Notes: a model not told the origin generated them from the letters alone. Positions 37,506 through 47,517 are shown, counted from the stretch's first letter. The stretch: DNA of 64,000 nt from an uncultured Chloroflexia bacterium (GCA_963713975.1 OY970218.1:3552001-3616000), one strand, 5' to 3'. A program made the numbers and translations.

Positions 37506-39109
37506 GTGTCGATTCCTGCCCACATGGCGCCCTGCCAGGCGGCGAGCAGGTCCCGGCGCCGCTCGAGTCGGTCCGGGAGCCGCAGCGGCACGTCGCGCAG
37601 GTCGACGACCAGCCCCGCCAGGCCACCGGCGACCTCCACGGCCGCCTGCCTGACGCGGACACCGAGATCCAGGGGGTCCCGGAACTGTGCCTCGACCACG
37701 GCCCGTTCACCGGGGGCGAGGTCCACCAGCTCGAGCCCGCCGGGCACAAGGTCCAGCTCCGCTCGCCCGCTCGGTCCCTCCACCGTCAGTCGGCCTGCCG
37801 GCCGCCCGGGCCGAAGCCCACGGGGCATGAGCACGCTGCCCAGGGGCACCAGGAGGTCCTCGCGCAGGTCGGTCATGACCGAGCGCCGCTCGTCCGGATC
37901 CGCGATGGCCCCCAGGGGCGCGAGCAGCCTCGCATGGTCCCATCCCAGGGCCCGGACGCCGGGCCGCCGGAGCACGTCCACCATGGCCAGGGCGACGGCG
38001 GGGCCCGGCGCGACGCTCCAGGCACCGCCCGATGCCACCACCAGGTCCGGCGCGGGTCCGTCCGCAAAGGCGGGGGTCGCGGCGACCAGGCGGGCCAGCG
38101 CCGCTCGCACCGCCGCCATGCGCAGCAGCGCACCATCCCCGGCCGCATCGCCCCACGGCGCGATCGCGAGCTCGCGCAGCCGATCGCGGGTGCGCAACCG
38201 GTCCAGCGGCGTGGTCAGCCAGCCCGCGATGGCGTCCAGGTGCGCCTCCGTGAACGCGGCGGGTAGCAGCGCCGCGGACGGCACGTTCGCCCAGCGTGGC
38301 TCCGGAGCCTTGCCCATCGAGCGGCCGGCGATCGCCCTCGTCGCACCGGACTGGCCGACCTCGACAACCTCGACCCGGCGCCGGAGCACCTCGGCCAAGG
38401 TGACGGTGGCAGCCGCAAGCGCCCGCCGGCCGTCGGCCTCCCCGCCCCGCAACCCGTCGAGGAGCTCGCGCAGCGGCTCGCCGCCCCCGACGGCAGGCGT
38501 CGGACCCAGCACCGTCGGACCGGGGCGCCCGGGGGCGAACAGTGCCTCCAGCCTGCCGCCGGGCTCGGCGAGCCCCCCAGCGAGCACAGTGACGAGATCC
38601 GGGCGCCGGTCCGCTGCGGCGGCGACGAGCGCCCCGAGGTCCGGCAGCAGGGCTCGCTCGTCGGCTCCGGGCGGGTCCGATGCCCCGGCCAGCACGGCGC
38701 TGACGCGTGGGTCGGCGAGGGCCGTTGCCACGGGCAGGATCTCCGCCCCGTCGAGCACCAGCGGCCGGACGCGCCAGCCGGCCGCGCTGGCCACCGCCAC
38801 GAGTGGGGCCAGCACTCGATCCGTGGCCGCGAGCACGGCCATCTCCGGGGCCCTGGTCGTCGTGCAGGTGACCCGCGGGAGGTCGGTCGCGGCCCCCATG
38901 CCGGCGATGCCCAGTGTGGACGCAAGCTCCGGGTCCGCGGCCTCGAGGCGGCGGCGGAGGCGCTCGATGACGGCATCACCGTCGACCGTGCACGGCGCCG
39001 AACCGGCGCCAAGAAGCCTCCAGGCGCCTCCGACGCGGCCGATCAGCGCCGCGGCGACGGTCGCGGTTCCGCTGTCGAGGGCGACGAACACCCGGGGCTG
39101 CCTGCTCAC
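37502..39109 (-). CDS. Glutamate mutase L (GlmL/MutL)-like ASKHA-fold protein
   Basis: N-terminal VALDSGTAT (actin-like phosphate-1 loop variant), VLAGASD, EVGQSGAT, LVVASGG, C-terminal GLVVDLRDVPL. Confidence 0.6.
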   Translation of the reverse strand: MSRQPRVFVALDSGTATVAAALIGRVGGAWRLLGAGSAPCTVDGDAVIERLRRRLEAADPELASTLGIAGMGAATDLPRVTCTTTRAPEMAVLAATDRVLAPLVAVASAAGWRVRPLVLDGAEILPVATALADPRVSAVLAGASDPPGADERALLPDLGALVAAAADRRPDLVTVLAGGLAEPGGRLEALFAPGRPGPTVLGPTPAVGGGEPLRELLDGLRGGEADGRRALAAATVTLAEVLRRRVEVVEVGQSGATRAIAGRSMGKAPEPRWANVPSAALLPAAFTEAHLDAIAGWLTTPLDRLRTRDRLRELAIAPWGDAAGDGALLRMAAVRAALARLVAATPAFADGPAPDLVVASGGAWSVAPGPAVALAMVDVLRRPGVRALGWDHARLLAPLGAIADPDERRSVMTDLREDLLVPLGSVLMPRGLRPGRPAGRLTVEGPSGRAELDLVPGGLELVDLAPGERAVVEAQFRDPLDLGVRVRQAAVEVAGGLAGLVVDLRDVPLRLPDRLERRRDLLAAWQGAMWAGIDT

Positions 39110-39161
39110 CTCGCCGATGCTACCAGCGGCGGGCGTGTCATCCGGGCCGGCCGTCGCCGGG

Positions 39162-39452
39162 TCAGGCGTCCCAGCCGTCGACCTCGTCGAGCTCCTCGAG
39201 CCGGTCGATCAGGGCCTCGATCCCGGCGTCATCGCCCAGCAGCTCCGTCGCCGACGGCGATTCGCCTCCGAACAGCTCGCCCAGGACCGGGTTGAAGAAC
39301 AGCATCGCCGGGGCGCCGAGCGGCCGGTAGGGCCGGCTCGCCTCCAGGAAGTGGACGGCCGGGCCGGTCAGCCCGCGCAGCCGGATCTCCTGGGCGACTG
39401 CCTCCACGAGGGCATCGCGACGCTGGTCGAACGGCTCGCTGGGAAAGCTCAC
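39162..39452 (-). CDS. Small conserved-looking hypothetical protein
   Basis: 96 aa with GC3-rich codons; GTGA overlap with the macro gene; RGLTGPA..FLEASRP. Confidence 0.65.
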   Translation of the reverse strand: MSFPSEPFDQRRDALVEAVAQEIRLRGLTGPAVHFLEASRPYRPLGAPAMLFFNPVLGELFGGESPSATELLGDDAGIEALIDRLEELDEVDGWDA

Positions 39453-40015
39453 GCGGAGCCTTCGAAGGATGGCGCAGGCACCGGCTGGACCAGCGGCCGC
39501 GAGGGTGCCGGCTCATCGTCGGCGAGCGCACCGGCAAACGCCTGGTAGGCGGCGGCCCCACGCAGCGCGAACACCACATGCTCGACGGTCGGCGACTGGC
39601 GCAGCTCATCGCGGACGACGGTCACCGCGATGCGCGCCGCCTCGTCCAGGGGGAAGCCACCGAGCCCCGTGCCAAGCGCCGGAAACGCGACGCTCGACAG
39701 CCCGAGTTCGCGGACGCGGGCCATGGCGCTCCGGGCGGCGCGCTCGAGGGCTGGACCGCTCGTGTGGCGGTTGCGCTCGAGCGACACGGCATGGATCACG
39801 ACCTTGGCGGCGAGCCGGCCGGCAGGCGTCACCACGGCGTCGCCGAGGGAGACCGGTGCCTGGCGCAGCGCGGCGAACTCGATCTCGTCACCGCCGGTCC
39901 GCTTGATCTCACCCGCCGTGCCCGTCGACATCCAGAGCGACGTCGCAGCGGGACTCACGATGGCATCGACCTCGAGGTCGCAGATGTCGCCGTTCCAGAG
40001 CTCGATGCGCGCCAT
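39449..40015 (-). CDS. Macro domain (ADP-ribose-binding) protein
   Basis: GDICDLEVDAIV, AVVTPAGRL..VIHAV, SVAFPALGTGLGGFP; GGAGG SD. Confidence 0.85.
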   Translation of the reverse strand: MARIELWNGDICDLEVDAIVSPAATSLWMSTGTAGEIKRTGGDEIEFAALRQAPVSLGDAVVTPAGRLAAKVVIHAVSLERNRHTSGPALERAARSAMARVRELGLSSVAFPALGTGLGGFPLDEAARIAVTVVRDELRQSPTVEHVVFALRGAAAYQAFAGALADDEPAPSRPLVQPVPAPSFEGSA

Positions 40016-41271
40016 TCGGACCTCCCTCCGGTGAGCGTCCGCATCCCCACGACGGAACCCGCGGCATGGTACACCCGGGCCAGCCGCCGGGACATCCCGG
40101 TGAAGATCTCGTAGCTGATGGTCCCCGCGAGCGATGCGAGCTCGAAGGCCGTGATGCGCTCCGTCCCCTGCTCGCCGAGGAGCACGAACTCTTCGTCGAC
40201 CCCAACCGGAGGGCCGGCCACGTCGGTGACGTCGGCCATCACGGCGTCCATCGCCACTCGCCCCACCAGCGGTACGCGCACGCCACGCACCAGGGCACAA
40301 GTCCTGTCCGAGAGCACCCGGTGCCAGCCGTCCGCGTAGCCCACCGGCAGCGTGGCAATCCGGCGCGGACGGTCGGTCACGTACGTCGGACCGTAGCTGA
40401 CCCCATGCCCCGCCGCCAGGTCCTGGACGCGCACCGGGCGAGCCTTGAGCGCCATGACCGGCCGCAGGCCCGCCGCCGTCCGAGCCGTGGTCGCCGGTGG
40501 CACGAGCGCGTCGGGGACGATGCCGTAGACCGCGATCCCGGTGCGTACGTTGTCCCAGCGGGCGACATCCCCACCGAGCACGCCGCCACTGCCCGCGAGG
40601 TGCCGGCGCACACCGGGAGTTCCCCACGCCAGGACGCCATTGAGCGGGCCCAGGGCCTCCACGAAGAGCGAGTCCTGGTCCCGGGCGCTCGCCGGGATGT
40701 CGGCGGCGGCGAGGTGGCTCCAGATCCCACCGAGGCGCACTCCGGGGGCGGCCGTCAGCGCCGCGACGACGCTCGCCACATCCGCCGGCATGACGCCGCC
40801 GCGTCCCAGCCCCGTCTCGACCTCGAGGTGGACCTCCAGCGGCCGCGCTCCCGGTCGTTGGGCTGCCCTGGCCGCCGATCGAAGGACGCGCTCGAGCGGC
40901 TCGCCCGGCCCCAGGCTGACGGCGATCTCCGCGGCGGCGGCCTCGGGCGCGACCTCGGGCGGGATCGGGTAGATCACGAGCAGCGGCAGCGCGACCCCGG
41001 CGTCCCGGAGCTCGAAGGCCTCGTCCAGGGTGGCAACGGACAGGCCATCGGCGCCCGCAGCCTCGAGCGCCAGCGCAACGGGCACCGCGCCATGACCGTA
41101 GGCATCCGCCTTCACCACGGGCTCGACACGTACCGACGGCCCGACCTCCGCGCGGAGGGTCGCGAGGTTCGCGGCCAGGGCGTCGAGGTCGATCTCGAGC
41201 CACGCCATGCGGGCGAGCGGCGACATGCCGGCGCTCGCAAGACGCGCCTCGATCGGTGCGACGCCGGTCAT
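39955..41271 (-). CDS. alr: Alanine racemase
   Basis: WLEIDLDAL..N, VVKADAYGHG (PLP Lys), ETGLGRGG, VSYG, VGYADG, GRVAMD, TISYE. Confidence 0.93.
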   Translation of the reverse strand: MTGVAPIEARLASAGMSPLARMAWLEIDLDALAANLATLRAEVGPSVRVEPVVKADAYGHGAVPVALALEAAGADGLSVATLDEAFELRDAGVALPLLVIYPIPPEVAPEAAAAEIAVSLGPGEPLERVLRSAARAAQRPGARPLEVHLEVETGLGRGGVMPADVASVVAALTAAPGVRLGGIWSHLAAADIPASARDQDSLFVEALGPLNGVLAWGTPGVRRHLAGSGGVLGGDVARWDNVRTGIAVYGIVPDALVPPATTARTAAGLRPVMALKARPVRVQDLAAGHGVSYGPTYVTDRPRRIATLPVGYADGWHRVLSDRTCALVRGVRVPLVGRVAMDAVMADVTDVAGPPVGVDEEFVLLGEQGTERITAFELASLAGTISYEIFTGMSRRLARVYHAAGSVVGMRTLTGGRSEWRASSSGTATSATSRSMPS

Positions 41272-41299
41272 CGGGTAGCGGGCCGCCCGTCGGGCGCGA

Positions 41300-42421
41300 T
41301 CACGACTCGTCCCCAGTCGTCCCGGCGCCCGGCTCCGCCGCCGCGTCCGGCCCCGACTGGGGAACCTGCTCCGGCCCTTCGTCCCGGGCCCCGAACCCCA
41401 GCCTGCGTCCGGCCCGCTGGCGCTCGGCAATCCGCGCCAGGCGCTTGCGAACCAGCGGCACCGCATCCGGCAGGTCCGACGCAAGCAGGCCGGCATCGCC
41501 AAGCCGCTCTCGGACGAGCTCTCCGGCCTGGCCATGGAGGTACACGCCGAGCCGGGCCGCGTCGTAGGGAGCGAGACCCTGCGCGACCAGGGCCCCGATC
41601 GTCCCCGCCAGCACGTCGCCCGTCCCGCCGGATGCCATCGCGGGGTTCTCGAACCGGGCCATGGACACCGAGCCATCGGGCGCCGCGATCACGGTATTGG
41701 CACCCTTGAGCACGACCACCTGTCGCCACTCGGCAGCGGCGGCCGCGGCGGCGCGCACCCGGGCTCCATCGTCGGTGTCGATGGCCCCATCCTCGCCCGA
41801 CTCATGGCCGCTGCCGGTGCGCAGCCGCGCAAACTCGCCCGCGTGCGGCGTGAGCACGCATGGCCGGGTCACCCCGGTCCACCACTCGTCCGCGGAGGCG
41901 AGGGTGCGCAGCGCCTCGGCGTCGAGGACCACCGGGGCGGCCCGGCTCTCCTCCGGTGCCGTGAGAAGAAGCCGCAGCAGGTCGGCCGTCGCAAGCGATG
42001 GACGCAGGCCAGGGCCGATCACCATGGCATCGTGCTCGTGGTCCAGGATCTTCGCCAGCGCCGGCTCCGGGTCGACCTCCTCGACGTCGTCCTCGGGGAG
42101 GGCCATCGTGGTCGCCTCGACCACCTTGGCGGCGAACAGCGGCTGGAGTGTCTCCGGCACGGCCAGCGTCACCAGGCCGGCTCCAGCCCTCCCCGCGGCG
42201 CGGCAGACAAGCAGCGCGGCCCCCGCATAGTCGAGCGAGCCCGCGATGACCAGGAGCTTGCCGAACGTGCCCTTGTGGCCGCGCGCGTCGCGAACCGGGA
42301 CCAGGCGCGCCATCGCCTCATCGTCCAGGTGCTCGACGCCGGCCGGGACCTCGATGCCGTCACCGGCGGAGGAGGCGTCGTCCTCGCGCCGGCCGAACCC
42401 GACCGGCCGCCGGTCAACCAC
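41300..42421 (-). CDS. nnrD: ADP-dependent NAD(P)HX dehydratase, stand-alone
   Basis: HKGTFG, GS..YAGAALL, IGPGL, LDAEAL, LTPHAGEF, LKGANT, ASGGTGDVLAG; start uncertain. Confidence 0.88.
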   Translation of the reverse strand: MVDRRPVGFGRREDDASSAGDGIEVPAGVEHLDDEAMARLVPVRDARGHKGTFGKLLVIAGSLDYAGAALLVCRAAGRAGAGLVTLAVPETLQPLFAAKVVEATTMALPEDDVEEVDPEPALAKILDHEHDAMVIGPGLRPSLATADLLRLLLTAPEESRAAPVVLDAEALRTLASADEWWTGVTRPCVLTPHAGEFARLRTGSGHESGEDGAIDTDDGARVRAAAAAAAEWRQVVVLKGANTVIAAPDGSVSMARFENPAMASGGTGDVLAGTIGALVAQGLAPYDAARLGVYLHGQAGELVRERLGDAGLLASDLPDAVPLVRKRLARIAERQRAGRRLGFGARDEGPEQVPQSGPDAAAEPGAGTTGDES

Positions 42422-42983
42422 GACCGTCGTCCCCGGCCGGCTCCGCGAGCGCCTCGAGCCCGGTGGACGCCTCATGGAGCGCGCGCAGGCGCTCCATCCG
42501 GGCCAGGAGCTTGCGCTCCCGCTCGTCGAGCCTGGCGTCGATGTCGAGGGGGAAGACATAGCGGCCACCGGCCGTCCGCACGCCGAACGCGACGGCGACC
42601 GCGAACTCCGCCTCATGGGTGATCGATACCGCGATCCGACCCATGCCGAGCTGCTCCGCTCGCTGCGCGGCCCGGCCATGGAGCACGATCGACGGCTGGC
42701 CGGTGGGCAGGCGCTCGACCTCGATGTCCTTCCAGCCGACGCCACGGACGCCCAGGCCGAGGACCTTGGACACGGCCTCCTTGGCGGCCCAGCGGCCCGC
42801 GAAGGTCTCGGGACGGGCCCGGACGTAGCGCTGCTCGCGGGCGGTCAGGACGCGGTCCGAGAACCGCTGCCCAAACCTGTCGATCGCCCGTTGGATCCGG
42901 TCCACCTTGACGATGTCCACGCCCAGCTCGGTCGTGCCCGGCGGCACGACGCCCGGAGGGATCGCGGGGTCGGGACCGGACAT
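42414..42983 (-). CDS. acpS: Holo-[acyl-carrier-protein] synthase with C-terminal extension
   Basis: GVDIV, AGRWAAKEAVSK, VSITH. Confidence 0.9.
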   Translation of the reverse strand: MSGPDPAIPPGVVPPGTTELGVDIVKVDRIQRAIDRFGQRFSDRVLTAREQRYVRARPETFAGRWAAKEAVSKVLGLGVRGVGWKDIEVERLPTGQPSIVLHGRAAQRAEQLGMGRIAVSITHEAEFAVAVAFGVRTAGGRYVFPLDIDARLDERERKLLARMERLRALHEASTGLEALAEPAGDDGRG

Positions 42984-42985
42984 GC

Positions 42986-44815
42986 CTACTCCACCGTCAC
43001 CGACTTGGCGAGGTTGCGCGGCTGGTCCACGTCGGTGCCCCGGGTGACTGCCATGTGGTAGGCAAGCAGCTGGAGGGGGATGACCGCCAGCACCGGCGAC
43101 AGCGCCTCGTGCGTGTCGGGCACCCACAGGACGTCGTCGGCGAAGCGTTCGATCGCGGTGTCCCCATCGGTCGCGACCGCGATCACCCGAGCGTCCCGCG
43201 CCCGTCCCTCCATCACGTTGCTCATCAGCTTGTCGTAGCTGGAGGCCCGGGTGGCGATCGCGACCAGCGGGCACTCGGCGTCGAGCAGGGAGATGGGGCC
43301 GTGCTTGAGCTCGCCGGCCGCATAACCCTCAGCGTGGATGTAGCTGACCTCCTTGAGCTTCAGCGCACCCTCGAGCGCGCCCGGCAGCCCATAGCCCCGA
43401 CCGATGAACATGAAGCCACGCGAGTTGACGTAGCGCCGGGCGATCTCGGGGATGCCGTCGCCTCGCTCCAAAACCCTGGCGGCCGCGTCGGGGAGGGCGC
43501 GCAGGGCGAGCCCGATCTCCAGCTCCTGCTTGCCGCCCATGGCTCCCCGGGCCTTCGCGATGGCCGCGGCCAGGACGACCAGGGTCGTCACCTGGGTCAC
43601 GAACGTCTTCGAAGCGGCCACGGCGATCTCGGGCCCCGCCTGCAGGAACATGACCGCCTCGGCCTCACGGGTGATCGCGGAACCCACGGTGTTGGTGACA
43701 GCGACGACCGGGCATCCCCGCTCGCGCGCCCAGCGGGTGGGCGCGATCGTGTCCGCGGTCTCGCCGGACTGCGTGACGGCGATCACCAGGGTGGCGGTGT
43801 CGAGCGGCGGCGGCGCGTAGCGGAACTCCGAGCCCACGGTCACCCTCGCCGGCAGGCCGGTCCACTCCTGGATCGCGGCCGCACCCACGAGGGCGGCATA
43901 GGACGCGGTGCCGCAGGCGACCAGCTCCACGCGGTTGACGCGCCGGAACACCTCGTGAAGCCCATCGACCTCGGGCGCGGCGATGTGCCCCGTGGCGGTC
44001 ACGCGCCCGGCCAGGGACTGGCGCAGGGCGGCGGGCTGCTCGTGGATCTCCTTGAGCATGAAGTGATCGAAGCCGCCCTTCTCCGCGTCCTGCGGAGTCC
44101 AGTCGATGACCGTCACCGCCCGGACGAGCGCGCGACCCTCGAGGTCCGTCACCTGCACGCCCGTCGGCCGGACGTCCGCGACGTCCCCGTCCTCCAGGAA
44201 CACGATCCGGTTCGTATGCGCCAGGATGGCGGCGACGTCGCTGGCGATAAATGTCTCCTCGCCGTTGAGGCCAACGACCAGCGGCACGTTCTGGCGGGCG
44301 CCGACCAGGCGGCTGATCTCGCCCTTGTGCATCACGACCAGCGCGTAGGCACCTTCGACCCGGTGCAGCGCCGCGCGGACAGCATCGGCAAGGTCGCCCT
44401 GGTACGCATCCTCGATGAGATGGGCGAGCGCCTCGGTGTCCGTCTCCGACGCGAGCGTGTGGCCGCCGGCCTCCAGCTCGTCCCGGAGCTCCCGGAAGTT
44501 CTCGATGATCCCGTTGTGGATCACCGTGATGTTGCCGGAGCAATCCTGGTGCGGGTGGGCGTTGAGGTCATTGGGTCTGCCATGGGTGGCCCAGCGGGTG
44601 TGGGCGAGACCGATGGCGGCGTGCGGCGTCCGGTCCGCGAGGGCGGTCTGGAGGTTGACGAGCTTGCCTGCCCTCTTCTCGAGAAACAGGTCTCCTTCCT
44701 CGTCAACAAGCGCGATGCCGGCCGAGTCGTAGCCGCGGTACTCGAGGCGTCGCAGACCCTCGATCAGGATGGGGCCCGCCTCGCGCGGACCCGTGTAGCC
44801 GACAATTCCACACAT
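42986..44815 (-). CDS. glmS: Glutamine--fructose-6-phosphate aminotransferase
   Basis: MCGIVG, HTRWATHG, HNGIIEN, QSGETADT, ELKHGP, PRNLAKSVTVE. Confidence 0.98.
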   Translation of the reverse strand: MCGIVGYTGPREAGPILIEGLRRLEYRGYDSAGIALVDEEGDLFLEKRAGKLVNLQTALADRTPHAAIGLAHTRWATHGRPNDLNAHPHQDCSGNITVIHNGIIENFRELRDELEAGGHTLASETDTEALAHLIEDAYQGDLADAVRAALHRVEGAYALVVMHKGEISRLVGARQNVPLVVGLNGEETFIASDVAAILAHTNRIVFLEDGDVADVRPTGVQVTDLEGRALVRAVTVIDWTPQDAEKGGFDHFMLKEIHEQPAALRQSLAGRVTATGHIAAPEVDGLHEVFRRVNRVELVACGTASYAALVGAAAIQEWTGLPARVTVGSEFRYAPPPLDTATLVIAVTQSGETADTIAPTRWARERGCPVVAVTNTVGSAITREAEAVMFLQAGPEIAVAASKTFVTQVTTLVVLAAAIAKARGAMGGKQELEIGLALRALPDAAARVLERGDGIPEIARRYVNSRGFMFIGRGYGLPGALEGALKLKEVSYIHAEGYAAGELKHGPISLLDAECPLVAIATRASSYDKLMSNVMEGRARDARVIAVATDGDTAIERFADDVLWVPDTHEALSPVLAVIPLQLLAYHMAVTRGTDVDQPRNLAKSVTVE

Positions 44816-44860
44816 GTGGCGGGTTCTCCCCTGCGGACGCGCCGCTGCCCGGCCCGGCGG

Positions 44861-46195
44861 CTAGTGTAGACGCTCCCCTACCAGAGCCGCGATCGCGTCG
44901 GCCAGCTCCATCACGAGGATCGCGTCATGGCCCTCGACCATCACCCGCAGGACGGGTTCGGTTCCCGAGGGACGCACGAGGATCCTCCCGTGCGGCGCGA
45001 GGCGGGCCTCCGCGGCGGCGATGGCGCCCTGCAGGACGTCGTCGTTCTCCCACTGGTCACGGTGGCGGACCCGGATCGCCCGCTGCTGCTGCGGTAGCAG
45101 CGGGATGGCCCGCGCCAGCTCGTCCAGACCGGCGCGCGCGGCCTGCATCACGCGCAGCAGCTCGATCGCGGTAACGATGCCGTCCCCGGACGTCGAGTGC
45201 TCGCGGATGATCACATGGCCGCTCTTCTCTCCACCCAGGCCGGCACCCGACACGAGCATCGCGGCAAGGATGTGCTTGTCCCCCACCGGCGTTCTCACGA
45301 GGCGGCCGCCGGCCGCCTCGACCGCCCGCTGGAGCCCGCCGTTGGAGAGCACCGAGACCACCAGGCTGTTGTCGTCGAGCGCGCCGCGGGCGAGCCGCTC
45401 CAGGGCCAGGATCCCCAGGACCTGGTCGCCGTCCACGATGTTGCCGCCGGCATCCACCGCGATGCACCGGTCCGCGTCGCCGTCGAGCGCGAAACCCACG
45501 TCCGCGTGCTGCTCACGGACCGCCGTCATGAGCGATTCCGGATGGGTGGCGCCACAGTGAAGGTTGATGTTGTCGCCGTCGGGCGAGTCGTGGATCACGG
45601 TGACACGGGCGCCGGTCGCGCGCAGGATCTCGGGCGCCAGCCGGAACGCGGCACCGTTGGCCGTGTCGAGCACCACGTGCAGGCCGGCGCCCGCGACCCC
45701 CGAGGCGAGTCCCGTGCGGTGGCGCACGTACCCGGCCACGAGGTCGGTGGCGCGGATGTACCGTCCTACGTCCTGCGGGGGGGCGCCCGGCAGCTCGTCG
45801 GCACGCAGGATCAGCGACTCGAGCTCGTCCTCCAGGTCATCGTCGAGCTTCTGCCCGCTCGGCCCCAGGACCTTGAGCCCGTTGTCCTCGGCCGGGTTGT
45901 GCGACGCGCTGACCATGATCCCGGCCGCGAACGCCTCCGCGCCCGCCAGGTAGGCAAGTGCAGGCGTGGGCACGACGCCGACGTCGTGGACCACCGCGCC
46001 CATGCTGGTGGCACCCGCCGTGATCGCCGCCACGAACATGTCGCCCGATCGGCGAGTGTCCTGGCCGACCACCAGCGAGCCGCTGGCCCCCCCGATCTGG
46101 TGGGCCGTCGCACGCCCGAGGGCGAACGCGAGCGATGGGCGCAGGTCCACGTTGGCGGCTCCGCGAATTCCGTCGGTGCCGAAGAGGCGGGTCAT
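44861..46195 (-). CDS. glmM: Phosphoglucosamine mutase
   Basis: FGTDGIRG, SASHNP..DNG, DGDADR, GGEKSGH, RPSGTEP. Confidence 0.96.
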   Translation of the reverse strand: MTRLFGTDGIRGAANVDLRPSLAFALGRATAHQIGGASGSLVVGQDTRRSGDMFVAAITAGATSMGAVVHDVGVVPTPALAYLAGAEAFAAGIMVSASHNPAEDNGLKVLGPSGQKLDDDLEDELESLILRADELPGAPPQDVGRYIRATDLVAGYVRHRTGLASGVAGAGLHVVLDTANGAAFRLAPEILRATGARVTVIHDSPDGDNINLHCGATHPESLMTAVREQHADVGFALDGDADRCIAVDAGGNIVDGDQVLGILALERLARGALDDNSLVVSVLSNGGLQRAVEAAGGRLVRTPVGDKHILAAMLVSGAGLGGEKSGHVIIREHSTSGDGIVTAIELLRVMQAARAGLDELARAIPLLPQQQRAIRVRHRDQWENDDVLQGAIAAAEARLAPHGRILVRPSGTEPVLRVMVEGHDAILVMELADAIAALVGERLH

Positions 46196-46233
46196 TCAGG
46201 TTCCTCGTGCGCGGGAGTCCGGGGGCGGCCGGG

Positions 46234-47517
46234 TCAGGGCGCCACTGATGGCGACGGTCCCAGGAATCCTGTCGGCGATGCCGGCGGGGCCGGCGTCGGA
46301 CGCTCGGTGACTGTCACGGTGATGGTATCGGGCGAGGTGGCGGCGACGGTCACGGTCGACGGCAGCGTGGGGATCACGGGCACTTCGTGCGTGCCCGGAT
46401 CCAGGCCGCTGACGTTGAGGGAGATCACGATCGGCGACGAGGCGAGACGGTCGAGGTCGGCGGTCGAGCCGAACAGCGTGAGGAGCACGCTCAGCTCAGA
46501 GGCCTCGTACTGCAGGCTGGGGCTCCGCCCGTCCAGGCTCAGCCCGGCCAGGAAGGTGCGCGTCTCGGTAACGGCCTCGACGCGGACCGTGACGGTCGCC
46601 GTCTGGGGGCCGATCACCGTCACCCCGGCCGGCAGCGAGAATGCCACCTGGCGAGTCACGTCGCGCGTCGCCCCGGACACGATGACGGGATCCGTGTCGG
46701 CTGCGGTCAGCTCCGAGATCTGGTCCTGGTCACCCTCGACCGACACCACGAGCGGTTCGACATCCACCGAGGACACCCGGAACCCGCTTCCCGGCGTGCC
46801 CGTGACGATCGGGTTGACGGGGACCGTGCGGCTCTGCTTGTCCGTGTAGACGGGGATGGTGACGTGGACCAGCGCGGGCTCGATGTCGACACCGGTCACG
46901 GTCTCGCCCGCTATGTCCACCGCCTCGGGCGCGATGTCCCGGTCCACGTCGAGCGCGCTGGCATCGATCGACGCGCTGACACGCGCGGCAACGACCCGGC
47001 CGACGGCGGCGGACGGCCCGCTGACGCGGACGGTGGCCGGCGTCACGGTGACCTCGCCCACCTCCACCCCTGCGGGCGGTGTCGCCTGGACCACGGCGAC
47101 CTCGACCGCCTTGGTCACGAGCTCGTCGAGCACCACGTTGATGGACCTGGGCTGCACTTCGAGGATGGTCACGCGCGGGTCGACGGCAGTCAGCTGGACC
47201 GGCACCGCCACCGGCTCGACGGCCGGCTGGACGTTGGCCAGGTCGATGGTGGCCCGGAAGTCCTCGGCCTGGAGGCGCCCCAGGTCCGCCGGAGCGATGT
47301 AGCGGACCTCGCTGACATCCCGCAGCTGGTTCGTGATGACGGTTCCGGCCGGCTGATTGACGGGCGTGACGGTGATGGGACCGACGTAGGTGTCGCTGTC
47401 CTGGGACGCGACGAGCCCGGCGTAGAGGATCGTGGCCAGCACGATGGCTGCGAGCTTGAGCGGCCAGTTATGGACGATCGTCCGTCCAAGCCGCCGGGCC
47501 GTGCGTCGCGCGCTCAC
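46234..47517 (-). CDS. cdaR: CdaR/YbbR-family diadenylate cyclase regulator
   Basis: NWPLKLAAIVLA TM anchor followed by beta-rich YbbR-like repeats; lies between cdaA and glmM. Confidence 0.85.
   Translation of the reverse strand: MSARRTARRLGRTIVHNWPLKLAAIVLATILYAGLVASQDSDTYVGPITVTPVNQPAGTVITNQLRDVSEVRYIAPADLGRLQAEDFRATIDLANVQPAVEPVAVPVQLTAVDPRVTILEVQPRSINVVLDELVTKAVEVAVVQATPPAGVEVGEVTVTPATVRVSGPSAAVGRVVAARVSASIDASALDVDRDIAPEAVDIAGETVTGVDIEPALVHVTIPVYTDKQSRTVPVNPIVTGTPGSGFRVSSVDVEPLVVSVEGDQDQISELTAADTDPVIVSGATRDVTRQVAFSLPAGVTVIGPQTATVTVRVEAVTETRTFLAGLSLDGRSPSLQYEASELSVLLTLFGSTADLDRLASSPIVISLNVSGLDPGTHEVPVIPTLPSTVTVAATSPDTITVTVTERPTPAPPASPTGFLGPSPSVAP

Noticed and set aside
36831-39548. 905-aa plus-strand ORF and other long antisense ORFs (e.g. 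56944-59634, 4216-6156, 43055-44869)
   Set aside because: Shadow ORFs opposite motif-supported genes, expected at high GC; low-complexity R/A/P/S composition or exact antisense frame
44816-44860. glmS ribozyme
   Set aside because: Only 45 nt, too short
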